Assembly: GCA_029820945.1 (NCBI GenBank)
Contig: JALGUJ010000009.1
Coordinates: 8,949 to 72,948, forward strand
Direction of reading: 5' to 3'
From: Candidatus Zipacnadia bacterium
Lineage (GTDB): Bacteria > Armatimonadota > Zipacnadia > Zipacnadales > UBA5352
Length of the DNA: 64,000 nt
The position numbers and the translations under genes were made by a program. Each line of letters begins with the position of its first letter. The first letter of the stretch is position 1. Shown here piece after piece: positions 17,073-27,478 of the stretch. The notes under the pieces were generated by a model. The model saw nothing but the letters and a program-made list of their open reading frames with translations, was not told the DNA's origin and did not search any database.

Positions 17073-19265
17073 ATGGCGAACCCGCATCCTGAGACTCTCA
17101 ATGCTATCTGCAGCCGCGTGCAGGAGTACTGGTCCGATGAGGACCTCGCGCGGCTGGAGGCGGCCTTCAAGTTTGCGGAAGAGGCCCACAGGGACAGCCC
17201 GGACCGGAAGACCGGGCACCGCTTCATCACGCACCCCGTTGCCGTCGCCGAGATTCTGGCCGAGATCGAGGCCGATCCCGCCGCGGTGGTCGCCGCGCTA
17301 CTGCACGACACCGTGGAGGACACCGAGGCCAATCTGGACGAAATCCGGGAGGAGTTTGGTGAGACCGTCGCCGTGCTGGTGGACGGCGTCACCAAGCTGA
17401 GTCGTCTCAGCTCCCAGAGCAAGCAGGAGCGCCAGGCGGAGAACCTGCGCAAGATGTTCCTGGCGATGGCCGACGATATCCGCGTGGTGCTGATCAAGTT
17501 CGCGGACAGGCTGCACAACATGCGCACGCTGTTCGTGCTGCCCGAGGAGAAGCAGCGGGCGATCGCGTACGAGACGCTGCATATCTACGCCCCGCTCGCG
17601 CACCGGCTGGGGATCTGGCGCTTCAAGTGGGAGCTTGAGGACCTTTCGTTCCGCTATCTGGAGCCCGACCGCTACTACGAGGTCGCGCACCTGCTGGGGC
17701 TTGGGCGTGAGGAGCGGGAGCGGAAGATCGAGGCGGTGCGGCAAGCGGTGCGCGGGCGTCTGGAGCATGCCGGTATCGCGGCGACGGTCCAGGGCCGGGC
17801 CAAGCACATCTATTCGATCGCCCAGAAGATGGAGAAGCAGGACATCAGCTTCGACCGAATCGCCGACCTGGCCGCCATCCGCGTCATCACCGACAGCGTC
17901 GCCGACTGCTACGCGGCTCTGGGCTTGGTCCATGATCTGTGGATGCCCATTCAGGGCATGTTCACCGACTATATCGCCAAGCCGAAGGCGAACAAGTACC
18001 AGTCGCTGCACACCAAGGTCATCGGGCCGGACAAGCAGCCGCTGGAGGTCCAGATCCGGACGTGGGAGATGCACCGCGTGGCGGAGTACGGCGTCGCGGC
18101 CCACTGGCACTACAAGGAGGGCGGGCGCGGCGCGGCGCCGGACGAGCAGATCTCGCTGCTGCGCGAGGTGCTGGAACTCGAGACGGACCTGACTGAGAGC
18201 CACGAGTTCCTTGAGCTGCTGCAGATGGACCTCTTCCACGACCGGGTCTTCGTGTTCACCCCCGATGGCGATGTGATCGATCTCCCCGCCGGCGCTACTC
18301 CGATCGACTTCGCCTACCGCATCCACACGGAGGTGGGCCATCAGTGTGTGGGGGCTCGGGTCAACGGCCGCCAGGTGCCGCTGAGCTATGAGTTCGCCAA
18401 CGGTGACATCGCGGAGATCATCACCTCGCCGGGCTCCGAGCCGAGCCGGGACTGGCTGGACCTGGTCGAGAGTTCGCGGGCAAAAGCGAAGATCCGGCGG
18501 TACCTGCGGGCCAAGGTGCATGCCGAGAACGTGGACGCGGGCCGCGCCGCCCTGCGCCAGGCGCTGCAGCACTACCCGCCCGCCCTCAGGGAGTGCGTGG
18601 ACCTCGACGACCTGGAACCGGTGCTGGAGGACTTCGGCTTCCGGGAGACCGATCACCTGCTGGCGGCCATCGGCTTCGGCGACATCGAGGCCGCGACGGT
18701 GCTCAAGCATCTGCTGGCCGACGAGACGCAGCCGGCGACCCTGGCCGAGGAGGTGGAGCAGGTTCTGGCCGAGTCGGGGGGTGGGGGCGGCTCGTCCGGC
18801 CGGGGCGTGCCCGCGGTGGCCATCGATGGCGTGGAGGGCTTCCAGTGCCGGCTTAGCAAGTGCTGCTCGCCGCTGCCGGGTGATGACATCACGGGCTACA
18901 TCACGCGCGGCCGGGGCTTGACTATCCACCGCAGTGACTGCAATAACCTGCGGTACCACGCCGAGAAGGACCCCGAGCGCGTGGTTCCGCTGACCTGGTC
19001 AGGGCAATCCGGAGACGCGGTGTTCCAGCACGATGTGGAGATCGTCGCCGTGGATCGAGTCGGGCTCTTCTCACACATAGCAGCGGTGGTCGCCGAGGCG
19101 GGCATCAACATCGCATCGGCCAACGCGACTACGACTGACTCCGGACTTGCGCGGCTGGACATGAGGCTCGACATCCGGCGGCGCCAGGACCTGGACCGGG
19201 TGCTCGAGCGCCTGCGGTCACTCATCGATGTCGTCCACGTGCGTCACCTGTCGCTCACCGGTTAG
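17073..19265 (+). CDS. rel: bifunctional (p)ppGpp synthetase/hydrolase RelA/SpoT
   Basis: HD domain (HRDSPDRKTGHRFITHPVAVAEIL..HDTVED), RelA_SpoT synthetase domain (IYSIAQKM..DLAAIRVI), TGS (VFTPDGDVIDLPAGATPIDFAY) and a C-terminal ACT. Start taken at MANPHPETL. Confidence 0.95.
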   Translation: MANPHPETLNAICSRVQEYWSDEDLARLEAAFKFAEEAHRDSPDRKTGHRFITHPVAVAEILAEIEADPAAVVAALLHDTVEDTEANLDEIREEFGETVAVLVDGVTKLSRLSSQSKQERQAENLRKMFLAMADDIRVVLIKFADRLHNMRTLFVLPEEKQRAIAYETLHIYAPLAHRLGIWRFKWELEDLSFRYLEPDRYYEVAHLLGLGREERERKIEAVRQAVRGRLEHAGIAATVQGRAKHIYSIAQKMEKQDISFDRIADLAAIRVITDSVADCYAALGLVHDLWMPIQGMFTDYIAKPKANKYQSLHTKVIGPDKQPLEVQIRTWEMHRVAEYGVAAHWHYKEGGRGAAPDEQISLLREVLELETDLTESHEFLELLQMDLFHDRVFVFTPDGDVIDLPAGATPIDFAYRIHTEVGHQCVGARVNGRQVPLSYEFANGDIAEIITSPGSEPSRDWLDLVESSRAKAKIRRYLRAKVHAENVDAGRAALRQALQHYPPALRECVDLDDLEPVLEDFGFRETDHLLAAIGFGDIEAATVLKHLLADETQPATLAEEVEQVLAESGGGGGSSGRGVPAVAIDGVEGFQCRLSKCCSPLPGDDITGYITRGRGLTIHRSDCNNLRYHAEKDPERVVPLTWSGQSGDAVFQHDVEIVAVDRVGLFSHIAAVVAEAGINIASANATTTDSGLARLDMRLDIRRRQDLDRVLERLRSLIDVVHVRHLSLTG

Positions 19266-19368
19266 TTCGCTCGATCTCCTGCAACTTTCCGTGCCTGCGT
19301 GCCTCTAAGACTGAGAGCACTCGGCGCGACCCGCGGTGCGCCGTGATTCCATCTGAGGTGCGCGGTCA

Positions 19369-20472
19369 GTGGGAATCCCCCTGGTAGACTTGCAGTCACA
19401 GTATCTGGATATCCGAGATGAGGTCCTTGCGGCCTTCGACGAGGCCCTGACGGGCATGCAGCTCAATCTGGGGCCCAACGTGCAGGCCTTCGAGGAGGAG
19501 TGGGCGGAGTTCTGCGGCGTGAGACACGCCATCGGCGTGGGCAACGGGACCGAAGCGCTGAATCTGCTGCTTCAGGCCCACCGCATCGGCCCCGGCGACG
19601 AGGTCATCACCGTCGCCTTCACCTTCATCGCGACGCTCGAGGCGATCCTGCAGGTGGGCGCGACTCCGGTGATGGTTGACATCGACCCCGAGACGATGTG
19701 CATCGCGCCCGAGGAGGTGGGGGAGAAGATCACCCCACGCACGCGGGCGATCATCGCCGTGCACCTCTACGGCCAGCCCGCGGACATGCAGGCGCTGGCC
19801 GAGGTCGTGGGCGACCGCGACATCAGGCTGTTGGAGGATGCCGCGCAGGCGCACGGCGCCACCTGCCGCGGACGACCGGCAGGGAGCCTGGCCGACGGAG
19901 CCGCCTTCAGCTTCTACCCAAGCAAGAACCTCGCGGCCTACGGCGAGGCGGGCGCGATCACGACGGACGCGCGCGAGATCGACGACACGGTTCGACACCT
20001 GCGCGTGCACGGCAGCCGCGAGAAGTACGTGCACAGGCTGGTGGGCTACAACAGCCGGCTCGACGAGCTGCAGGCGGCGGTGCTGCGCATCAAGCTCAGG
20101 CGGCTGGCCGACTGGAACGAGGCGCGTCGCCGCCACGCCAGGCGCTACAGTGAGCAGCTCGCGGGGATCGACGGCCTGCAGCTTCCCGTCGAGAGGGAGT
20201 GGGCGCGGCACGTCTACCACGTCTACACGGTGCGCAGCCCGCGCCGGGATGAGATCGCGGAGGCACTGGAGGCCGAGGACATCGGCTACGCGATCCACTA
20301 CCGCGTGCCCTGCCACCTGCAGGAGGCGATGGCGGACCTGGGCTGTGGGCCCGGCTCGCTCCCGGAGACGGAACGCGCGGCCGCAGAGGTCATCTCGCTG
20401 CCCATGTACCCGGAGCTGACGAACGAGCAGATCGACCGCGTCTGCGAGGTCGTGCGATCGGTGCTTGAGTAG
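19369..20472 (+). CDS. DegT/DnrJ/EryC1/StrS-family aminotransferase
   Basis: GTG start with GAGGTG SD. Motifs NGTEALNLLL, DAAQAHGA and SFYPSKNLAAYGEAGA (Lys) are present. Confidence 0.85.
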   Translation: MGIPLVDLQSQYLDIRDEVLAAFDEALTGMQLNLGPNVQAFEEEWAEFCGVRHAIGVGNGTEALNLLLQAHRIGPGDEVITVAFTFIATLEAILQVGATPVMVDIDPETMCIAPEEVGEKITPRTRAIIAVHLYGQPADMQALAEVVGDRDIRLLEDAAQAHGATCRGRPAGSLADGAAFSFYPSKNLAAYGEAGAITTDAREIDDTVRHLRVHGSREKYVHRLVGYNSRLDELQAAVLRIKLRRLADWNEARRRHARRYSEQLAGIDGLQLPVEREWARHVYHVYTVRSPRRDEIAEALEAEDIGYAIHYRVPCHLQEAMADLGCGPGSLPETERAAAEVISLPMYPELTNEQIDRVCEVVRSVLE

Positions 20473-20496
20473 TCGAATCTGAGCCGGAGCACGAAC

Positions 20497-20534
20497 GCAC
20501 CCACGGGCCAACGATGAGGGCCGCCCGTGGGTGC
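20497..20534. terminator. 12-bp perfect-stem hairpin between convergent genes (bidirectional terminator candidate)
   Basis: GCACCCACGGGC...GCCCGTGGGTGC between the DegT stop (20472) and the ACT stop (20554). No U-tract. Confidence 0.4.
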
Positions 20535-20553
20535 GCCGGTTCGCGGGAGGGTC

Positions 20554-21006
20554 CTACAGCTCGTAGACCTCCTCGGCGGGGATCACCTGAATCCCGCTGT
20601 CCTCGAGGACCCCGAGCGTGCTCTCCAGCGCCGCGTCATCGACCTTGAACAGGACGACTGCATCGCCGGCGATGGTGATGAAGAAGGCATACATGTACTC
20701 GACGTTGATGTCCTCGGCCTGCAGATGCTCGAGCACCTCGCCCAGGCCGCCCGGACGGTCCGGGATGCGGAGCGCCAGCACGCCCGTGCTGCCCACCGAG
20801 AACCCGGCGGACTGCAGGACATCAACCGCCTCGTCGGGCTTATCCACGATCAGCCGCAGGATGCCGAAGTCCGAGGTGTCGGCGATGCAGAGGGCGCGGA
20901 TGTTGATGTCCGCCCCGCCCAGTGTCTGACACACCTCCGCGAGCCTGCCGGACTTGTTCTCGAGGAAGACCGAAACCTGCCTGGACAACAGCTCAGCATT
21001 CGTCAT
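20554..21006 (-). CDS. ACT-domain protein (tandem ACT), partner of aryl-acetate-CoA ligase
   Basis: 150 aa. Two ACT-like beta-alpha-beta-beta-alpha-beta halves (VSVFLENKSGRLAEVCQTLGGADINIRAL; LALRIPDRPGGLGEVLEHLQAEDINVEY). It starts 4 nt after the paaK1 stop. Confidence 0.75.
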   Translation of the reverse strand: MTNAELLSRQVSVFLENKSGRLAEVCQTLGGADINIRALCIADTSDFGILRLIVDKPDEAVDVLQSAGFSVGSTGVLALRIPDRPGGLGEVLEHLQAEDINVEYMYAFFITIAGDAVVLFKVDDAALESTLGVLEDSGIQVIPAEEVYEL

Positions 21007-21009
21007 CGC

Positions 21010-22311
21010 TCACGCCTCCTCACGCATGTCTATCACGCGCTTGGCCTTGCCGATGCTTCGTTCTATGGTCTTGGGCTCGACGAGCTTGACATCCACGCGA
21101 ATGCCCAGGGCCGAGCTGACGCGCTCGCGGATGCCCTCCTCGAGGGCCTCCAGCTTGCGGACCTCGTCTGAGAACGTCGCCGGTGAGACCTCGACCTCGA
21201 TCCGGAGGTTGTCCAGCCGCCCCTCGCGGGTGAGGACGAGCTGATAGTGCGGCTCGAGCCCCTCGATCTGCAGCAGGACCTCCTCGATCTGCGACGGGAA
21301 GACGTTGACGCCGCGGATGATGAGCATGTCGTCGGTGCGTCCGGTGATGCGCTCCATGCGTGGCTGGGTGCGCCCGCACTCGCAGGGCTCCACGTCCAGC
21401 CGCGTGATATCGCGGGTGCGGAAGCGGATGATGGGGAAGGCCCGCTTGGTGATGCAGGTGAAGACCAGCTCACCGCTCTCGCCCGGCGGCAGTGGCTCGC
21501 CGGTATCGGGGTCGATGACCTCGGGGATGAAGTGGTCGTCGAAGACGTGCAGGCCCGCCTTGGCCTCACACTCGGCCGCCACGCCCGGGCCGATGACCTC
21601 GGTGAGCCCGTAGATGTCATGGGCGGAGAGGCCGAGGCGTTCCTCGATGGTCTCCCTCGTGCCCTCGCTCCAGGGCTCAGCCCCGAACAGGCCGGACTTG
21701 AGGCTGAGCGTGCCGGGGTCGATGCCTATCTCCTCCGCGGTGTCCACGATAGTGAGGGCGTAGGAGGGGGTGCAGCAGAGGATGGTGCTGCCCAGGTCCT
21801 GCATCAGCATGAGCTGGCGCTCGGTGTTGCCTCCGGAGGCGGGGATGACGAGACAGCCCATCAGCTCGCCGCCGTAGTGCAGGCCGAGGCCGCCCGTGAA
21901 GAGCCCGTAGCCGTAGGCGTTGTGCAGCACGTCATGGCTGCTGCCGCCGCCGCAGGCGATGGTGCGGGCGATGGTCTCGGCCCAGATGTTGATGTCCTCG
22001 CGCGCATAGCCCGCGATGACCGGCTTGCCCGTGGTGCCTGACGAGGCGTGGATGCGCACGCACTCCTCCGGTGGCACGGCGAACAGGCCGAACGGGTAGG
22101 TATCGCGCAGATCGTCCTTGGTGGTGAAGGGCAGCCGCCGCAGGTCATCCAGTGACCGGATGTCCTCGGGGGCAACGCCCGCCTCCGCGAAGCGGTCGCG
22201 GTACCATGGCACGTTGACGTTCAGTCGAGCCACAGTTTCACGCAACCGCCTCACCTGCAGCTCGGCACGTTCCTCGGGGTCCATACACTCGTAGAACGGG
22301 TCCCAGATCAT
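21010..22311 (-). CDS. paaK: phenylacetate-CoA ligase family protein (PaaK-like; likely indoleacetate/arylacetate-CoA ligase)
   Basis: Start refined to MIWDPFYE at 22311, with GAAGGAGG SD 7 nt upstream. AMP-binding [13 protein letters not shown] and the C-terminal PaaK domain ([19 protein letters not shown]) are present. Confidence 0.9.
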   Translation of the reverse strand: MIWDPFYECMDPEERAELQVRRLRETVARLNVNVPWYRDRFAEAGVAPEDIRSLDDLRRLPFTTKDDLRDTYPFGLFAVPPEECVRIHASSGTTGKPVIAGYAREDINIWAETIARTIACGGGSSHDVLHNAYGYGLFTGGLGLHYGGELMGCLVIPASGGNTERQLMLMQDLGSTILCCTPSYALTIVDTAEEIGIDPGTLSLKSGLFGAEPWSEGTRETIEERLGLSAHDIYGLTEVIGPGVAAECEAKAGLHVFDDHFIPEVIDPDTGEPLPPGESGELVFTCITKRAFPIIRFRTRDITRLDVEPCECGRTQPRMERITGRTDDMLIIRGVNVFPSQIEEVLLQIEGLEPHYQLVLTREGRLDNLRIEVEVSPATFSDEVRKLEALEEGIRERVSSALGIRVDVKLVEPKTIERSIGKAKRVIDMREEA

Positions 22312-22381
22312 CTGCGACGCCTCCTTCTGACTGCATGACGTCCCGCCGTTGAATCCGCTCGCATCGGCCATTGCCCCGCGG

Positions 22382-22969
22382 TCAGTGGGCCTCCATCATC
22401 TCCCGGCCGGCCGCGAACGCCCTCAGGTTCACGTCCAGGGCCTTTGGCTTGAGGACCAGCCGCAGCGCCCGCTCCCAGACGTCGTGGGGCAGCTCCAGCA
22501 GCACCCAGAGAGCGCCCAGCATGACGGTGTTGGCCGCGCGAGGCTCCCCCAGCTCGCCCGCCGTGCGCGCCGCGGGGATCACGCTCACCTCCCGGCCGCT
22601 GGCCAGCACGCGGTCCAGCACGTCGTCCGGGTAGCTGAAGCCCTCCAGGTCAACGGTCACGGGCGCGATGCGGCGCGTGTCGATGAGCACCCTGGCGGCC
22701 GGTGACGTCTGGCCGAGCTGGCGCAGGCCTTCCAGGGGCTCGAAGGCGAGCATGATCTGCGCGGCGCCCTCGGGGATCAGCGGCGAGGCCACCCGCTCAT
22801 CGGGGCTGAAGCGCACGTAGCTGTTCACGCTCCCCCCGCGCTGGCTCATCCCGTGGACCTCGCTCTTCTTGACCTCCCAGCCGGCGAGCCGGCAGGCCTG
22901 GGAGAGCACGGTGCTGGCGGTGATGATCCCCTGTCCGCCGACCCCGGTCAACAGCACATTCGTGACCAT
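22382..22969 (-). CDS. iorB: indolepyruvate:ferredoxin oxidoreductase beta subunit
   Basis: 195 aa, [19 protein letters not shown] (pyruvate/ketoisovalerate oxidoreductase gamma-like fold). The ATG at 22969-67 overlaps the iorA TGA (ATGA). The track ORF 22382..23716 is an upstream GC-shadow extension. Confidence 0.85.
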   Translation of the reverse strand: MVTNVLLTGVGGQGIITASTVLSQACRLAGWEVKKSEVHGMSQRGGSVNSYVRFSPDERVASPLIPEGAAQIMLAFEPLEGLRQLGQTSPAARVLIDTRRIAPVTVDLEGFSYPDDVLDRVLASGREVSVIPAARTAGELGEPRAANTVMLGALWVLLELPHDVWERALRLVLKPKALDVNLRAFAAGREMMEAH

Positions 22970-24756
22970 CACGGATTGCCCTCCCCGGAGCCGACGGGTG
23001 CCCTGAGCGCATTCACGGGACAGACCTGCGCGCACATCAGGCAGCCCGTGCACATCGCCAGGTCGATCTGCGGCAGCGGCCTCTCGCCGCCGTCGTCCAC
23101 GCCCGACAGGGCCGGGCAGCCGATGCTGAGGCACCGGCCGCAGCGGATGCAGGCCTCCTCGTCCAGCTCCGGCGCCGGCTCGCGTTCGCGCGCGATGAGC
23201 ACGCACTCCCGCCTGGCGATCACCACCGATGGCTCGGGCGAGGCCATGGCCTCCCGCAGCGCGGTCTCGGTCGCCTCCAGGTCGTAGGGGTCCACGGTGC
23301 GCACGTCCTCCACGCCGATGGCCCGGGCGAGCCGCTCGAAGTCCAGCTCCCGCCCCGGCATCCCCGAGAGCGTCTCTCCCACCCCGGGGTGGACCTGGCC
23401 GCCCGTCATGGCGGTGGTGCGATTGTCCAGGATGACCACGGTGCTCACGCCCGCGTTGTAGGTGATGTTCACCAGCCCGGTGATGCCCGAGTGCGTGAAG
23501 GTGGAATCGCCGATCACGGCGACCACGGGCGCCTCGTGGCCGCGTATCTTCTGGATGCCGTGAGCCTGGCCGATACCCGCTCCCATGCACAGGCAGGTGT
23601 GCAGGGCCTCCAGGGGCGGGAGCGTCCCGAGGGTGTAGCAGCCGATGTCGCCCGTGACGTAGGCCTTGAGCTTGCGCAGCGCGGTGAAGACGCCGCGGTG
23701 CGGGCAGCCGGCGCACAGGGTGGGCGGTCGCGGCGGCAGGTCCTCGTCCGGCTCGCTCTCGGGCGGCGGCTCCCCGGAGATCATCTCCCGCACCCGTCCC
23801 GGCGTCAGCTCGCCGATGCGAAAGCGCTCATCGACCGGCTGAACCTCGATCCCCAGCGCCCGGATCTGCTCGGCCAGGTAGGGGTCGAGCTCCTCGACCA
23901 CGTAGAGGCGCTCGACTCTCCCGGCAAAGCGTCCGATCCGCTCCGGCGGCAGCGGCCAGACCAGCCCGAGCTTCAGGAAGGACGCCTCGGGGAAGACTTC
24001 CTTCGCGTACTGGTAGGCGACGCCGGAGGAGACGATGCCGAGGGAGTCGTCCGCCATCTCCTCACGCGTCAGGTCGGTCTCCTCGGCGAATTCCATGAGG
24101 CGCTGCGTCCGCTCGGACATGGCAATACGGCGCCGCCGCGCGTGCGCGGGGACCATCACGTACTTCTCGGGAGAGGGCGCCAGCGAGCCGCGCAGCTCCA
24201 CCTCCCGGCGAGGCCCGACCTCGACCAGCCCGTCGGAGTGGCAGATGCGCGTCACGGGCCGCACCAGGACGGGGGTGTCGAACTGCTCGCTCAGCTCGAA
24301 GGCGCGCATGGTCATCTCGCGCGCCTCGCGGCTGTCGGAGGGCTCGAGCATGGGCAGCTTGGCCGCCCGCGCGTAGTTGCGGTTGTCCTGCTCGTTCTGC
24401 GAGCTGTGCATGGAGGGGTCGTCGGCGGTGATGATGACCAGCCCGCCCTCGACGCCCGTGTACGAGAGAGTGAACAGGGGGTCGGCGGCGACGTTGAGGC
24501 CCACGTGCTTCATGGTCACCACGGCGCGGGCCCCGGCGATCGAGGCGCCCGCCGCGACCTCCAGGGCGACCTTCTCGTTCACCGACCACTCAACGTAGAC
24601 GCCGCCGAGGTCCCTTAAGGCCGGCAGGATCTCGGAGGACGGAGTGCCGGGATAGCCGCTGCCCAGGCGCGCGCCGGCCTCCCAGGCCCCGCGCGCGATG
24701 GCCTCATTGCCGGACAGCAGCAGCACGCCGGACAGCTCTCTCGCGGTGTGTGCCAT
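22969..24756 (-). CDS. iorA: indolepyruvate:ferredoxin oxidoreductase alpha subunit (TPP-binding, two 4Fe-4S ferredoxin motifs)
   Basis: 595 aa from MAHTARELSG. TPP motif GDIGCYTLG...GDSTFTHSG, and C-terminal ferredoxin clusters CIRCGRCLSIGCP and CTGCLMCAQVCP. The N-terminal 327 codons of track ORF 22969..25737 are out-of-frame shadow sequence overlapping paaK2. Confidence 0.9.
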   Translation of the reverse strand: MAHTARELSGVLLLSGNEAIARGAWEAGARLGSGYPGTPSSEILPALRDLGGVYVEWSVNEKVALEVAAGASIAGARAVVTMKHVGLNVAADPLFTLSYTGVEGGLVIITADDPSMHSSQNEQDNRNYARAAKLPMLEPSDSREAREMTMRAFELSEQFDTPVLVRPVTRICHSDGLVEVGPRREVELRGSLAPSPEKYVMVPAHARRRRIAMSERTQRLMEFAEETDLTREEMADDSLGIVSSGVAYQYAKEVFPEASFLKLGLVWPLPPERIGRFAGRVERLYVVEELDPYLAEQIRALGIEVQPVDERFRIGELTPGRVREMISGEPPPESEPDEDLPPRPPTLCAGCPHRGVFTALRKLKAYVTGDIGCYTLGTLPPLEALHTCLCMGAGIGQAHGIQKIRGHEAPVVAVIGDSTFTHSGITGLVNITYNAGVSTVVILDNRTTAMTGGQVHPGVGETLSGMPGRELDFERLARAIGVEDVRTVDPYDLEATETALREAMASPEPSVVIARRECVLIAREREPAPELDEEACIRCGRCLSIGCPALSGVDDGGERPLPQIDLAMCTGCLMCAQVCPVNALRAPVGSGEGNP

Positions 24757-24758
24757 GG

Positions 24759-26063
24759 CTATGCTCCGGTCTCCCGAGCTCTGTTGTCGATGACCCGCAC
24801 GGCCTTGCCGTCGCTGACCGGCAGCGCACCCGGCTCGTGCAGCTCCACCTCCACGCCGATGTCCAGCTCCGTGTGCAGTCGGCGGGCGATGCGCTCGCGC
24901 AGGGCGTTGAGCGCGCGCATATCGTCGGAGAATGCCTCCTGGGTGAGCTCGACAGCGACGACCATGCGGTCGAGGTCCTCGGGGCGGTCGATGGTGATGA
25001 CGTAGTTGTTGCCGACCTCGTCGATGCCCAGGAGCGCGCGCTCGATCTGGATGGGGTAGACGTTGACGCCCTTGACGACGAGCATGTCGTCGGTGCGGCC
25101 CTCGATGCGCGAGATGCGGGTGTGCCTGCTCCCGCAGGGACAGTCGCCGGGGATGACGTGGGCGATGTCCCGTGTGCGGTAGCGGATCAGCGGCATGGCC
25201 TCCCGGCGCAGCGTGGTGATCACCAGCTCGCCGGGCCGCCCGGGCTCGGCGGGCTCGAGGCTGTCGGGGTCCAGCACCTCGACGAGGTAGTGATCGTCGC
25301 ACACATGCAGACCGTTCTGCTCGGCACAGTCCATGGCGACGCCCGGGCCGCACATCTCCGAGAGCCCGTAGCAGTTGTAGACGGAGGCGCCGAAGCCCTC
25401 CTCGATTCGGCGTCGGAGCTCCTCGGTGTGCGGCTCGCCGCCGAGGAAGATCACGCGGACGCGCAGGTCCTCGCGCGGGTCGATCCCTCGGCGGCCGCAG
25501 ATGTGCAGCACGCGCAGGGCGTAGCTGGGGATGATGTGCAGCACGGTGGAGCCGAAGGTCTGCATCAGGTGGATCTGCCGCTCGGTGTTGCCGGAGCTGG
25601 CCGGGATGGTCATGCAGCCGAGCAGCTCGCCGGCGTAGTGGAAGCCCAGTCCGCCGGTGAAGAGGCCGTAGCCCATCATGTTCTGGAAGACGTCCTCGTC
25701 GGTGACCCCCGCGGCCAGCATGCCGCGCGCGACGCACCGGGCCCAGCGGTCGAGGTCTCCGCGCGTGTGGTAGACCGCGGTCGCCACCCCGGTGGTCCCC
25801 GAGGAGTAGTGCATCCGCACGACGTCGCGCTGCTCGACGGCCAGGAAGCCGTCCGGCTGGCCCTCGCGGAGCTGCTCCTTTGTCGTCAGCGGCAGCCTGC
25901 GGACGTCCTCGGGGTGCTGGATGTCATTCGGAGAGACGCCGCCAAGGCGGCTGCGGTAGGCGCGGGTCGCCCCGGCGCGCTCGAGGGTGCTGCGCAGCAA
26001 TTGCACCTGCATCTGCTCGATCTCGCTGCGGCTGAGCCTCACAGCATCATCGGAATATGGCAT
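24759..26063 (-). CDS. second phenylacetate-CoA ligase family paralog (PaaK-like)
   Basis: Start at MPYSDDAVRL (26063). YSSGTTGVATAV, YGLSEM and RTDDMLVVKGVNVYPIQIE. About 45% identity to the other paralog. Confidence 0.9.
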   Translation of the reverse strand: MPYSDDAVRLSRSEIEQMQVQLLRSTLERAGATRAYRSRLGGVSPNDIQHPEDVRRLPLTTKEQLREGQPDGFLAVEQRDVVRMHYSSGTTGVATAVYHTRGDLDRWARCVARGMLAAGVTDEDVFQNMMGYGLFTGGLGFHYAGELLGCMTIPASSGNTERQIHLMQTFGSTVLHIIPSYALRVLHICGRRGIDPREDLRVRVIFLGGEPHTEELRRRIEEGFGASVYNCYGLSEMCGPGVAMDCAEQNGLHVCDDHYLVEVLDPDSLEPAEPGRPGELVITTLRREAMPLIRYRTRDIAHVIPGDCPCGSRHTRISRIEGRTDDMLVVKGVNVYPIQIERALLGIDEVGNNYVITIDRPEDLDRMVVAVELTQEAFSDDMRALNALRERIARRLHTELDIGVEVELHEPGALPVSDGKAVRVIDNRARETGA

Positions 26064-26254
26064 CTCGGGCGCCTTCTGCTTCCCAGCGGTCGGCTCGGTC
26101 AAGTGCAGAGATGGTGGTTTCGTTCCCGGCCCCGCCGCGACCTTCCCCCGGCCTGCGTGGGACCACGGTAGGGATCTGCCCCGCCTGGCGGCCCGGGCGG
26201 CGGCGGCAGGAAGGTGAGAGAGCCGGGGCCGTGAATCTACAGGTGTGCATCGCC

Positions 26255-27463
26255 ATGTGGGGGAGGGGGATCGCCGTGACATACCGGGAGCGGATCCTCG
26301 CCGCCCTGCGGGGGGAGGCAGTCGATTGCGTTCCATGGGTCCCCAGGCTCGACCTGTGGTACAAAGCGAACTACTACCGCGGGTCGCTGCCGGATGAGTG
26401 GGCGGAGCTGCCGCTGCCGGCGATCCTGCGAGATCTGGGCGCGGGCCGCCACGAGGTGATTCCCGACTTCCTCGCCGTGGAGTCCCCGGACGAGGTGGCC
26501 GACCAGTCCCTGGGCCTGCACCACGTGCGCAATCAGCCCTTCCGCCTGCGCTTCCGGCGCACCAAGCGCGTTGTCGAGCGGGAGGGCGACACCTACCGCG
26601 TCGCTTACAGGACGCCGGTCGGGACGGTCACGACCGTCCTGCGCTACACGCCGCAGATGAGGCGGGACGGAGTCACCCTCCTGCACGTGTCACAGCGCGC
26701 CGTGAAGTCGCTGGACGACTACGAGGTCATCGCCTTCCTCTTCGAGGACCTGGAGGTCGAGCCCGGCGGGCGCTATGACGGCTTCCGGCGCGAGGTGGGC
26801 GACGACGGGGTTGCGGTGGCCTTCGCGAACGTCGCAGCATCTCCCGCCCACCACCTGCTCAAGGAGCTGGTGCCCTACGACCAGTTCTACTTCAACCAGC
26901 ACGACCACCCGCAGCTCATCGCCGATACGGGGGCTCGGATGGAGGGGTACTTCTGGCAGGTGATCGAGGCCTGTGCCGCCAGCAGCGCCGAGGTGGTGCT
27001 CTTCGGGGCGAACTACGATCTGATGCTCACGCCGCCGCCGCTGTTCGAGGAGCTGATCGCGCCCTTCCTGAAGCAGGCGACGGACCGCCTGCATGAGGCC
27101 GGGAAGCTGGTGGCAACGCATACGGACGGCGAGAACGAGGGGCTCCTCGACCTCTACGTGCAGTGCGGAATCGACCTCGCCGACTCGGTCTGCCCGGCAC
27201 CCATGACCCGCCTGCCTCTGGCGGAGTACCGCCGGGTCTTCGGCAGCCACCCCGCCATCTGGGGCGGCGTCTGCTCGGCCAGTGTGCTGACCGACAGCTT
27301 CACCGACGAGGAGTTCGAGGCGCACATTGACGAGGCCATCCGAGGCGCGGGCGACCTGCGCGGCATGATCTACAGCATCGCCGACACGACACCACCCGAC
27401 GCGTCGATGCAGCGGATCCGAGAGATCGGCGAGCGGCTGGCGCGGCTCGGGCCGGTGACCTGA
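26255..27463 (+). CDS. uroporphyrinogen-decarboxylase (URO-D)-family protein (MtaA/CmuA-like methyltransferase fold)
   Basis: Start refined to MWGRGIAVTYRERILAAL. URO-D-like TIM-barrel features (FEELIAPFLKQATDRLHEAGKLVATHTDGENEGLLDLYVQCGIDL). Transcribed divergently from the ior operon. Confidence 0.65.
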   Translation: MWGRGIAVTYRERILAALRGEAVDCVPWVPRLDLWYKANYYRGSLPDEWAELPLPAILRDLGAGRHEVIPDFLAVESPDEVADQSLGLHHVRNQPFRLRFRRTKRVVEREGDTYRVAYRTPVGTVTTVLRYTPQMRRDGVTLLHVSQRAVKSLDDYEVIAFLFEDLEVEPGGRYDGFRREVGDDGVAVAFANVAASPAHHLLKELVPYDQFYFNQHDHPQLIADTGARMEGYFWQVIEACAASSAEVVLFGANYDLMLTPPPLFEELIAPFLKQATDRLHEAGKLVATHTDGENEGLLDLYVQCGIDLADSVCPAPMTRLPLAEYRRVFGSHPAIWGGVCSASVLTDSFTDEEFEAHIDEAIRGAGDLRGMIYSIADTTPPDASMQRIREIGERLARLGPVT

Positions 27464-27478
27464 CGGGGGGAAGGCCGC

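Noticed and set aside
22969-25737. Track ORFs giving iorA as 922 aa and iorB as 444 aa
   Set aside because: Both N-terminal extensions are poly-Arg/His shadow sequence. The true iorA begins at MAHTARELSG (24756) and iorB at MVTNVLLTG (22969, overlapping the iorA stop).
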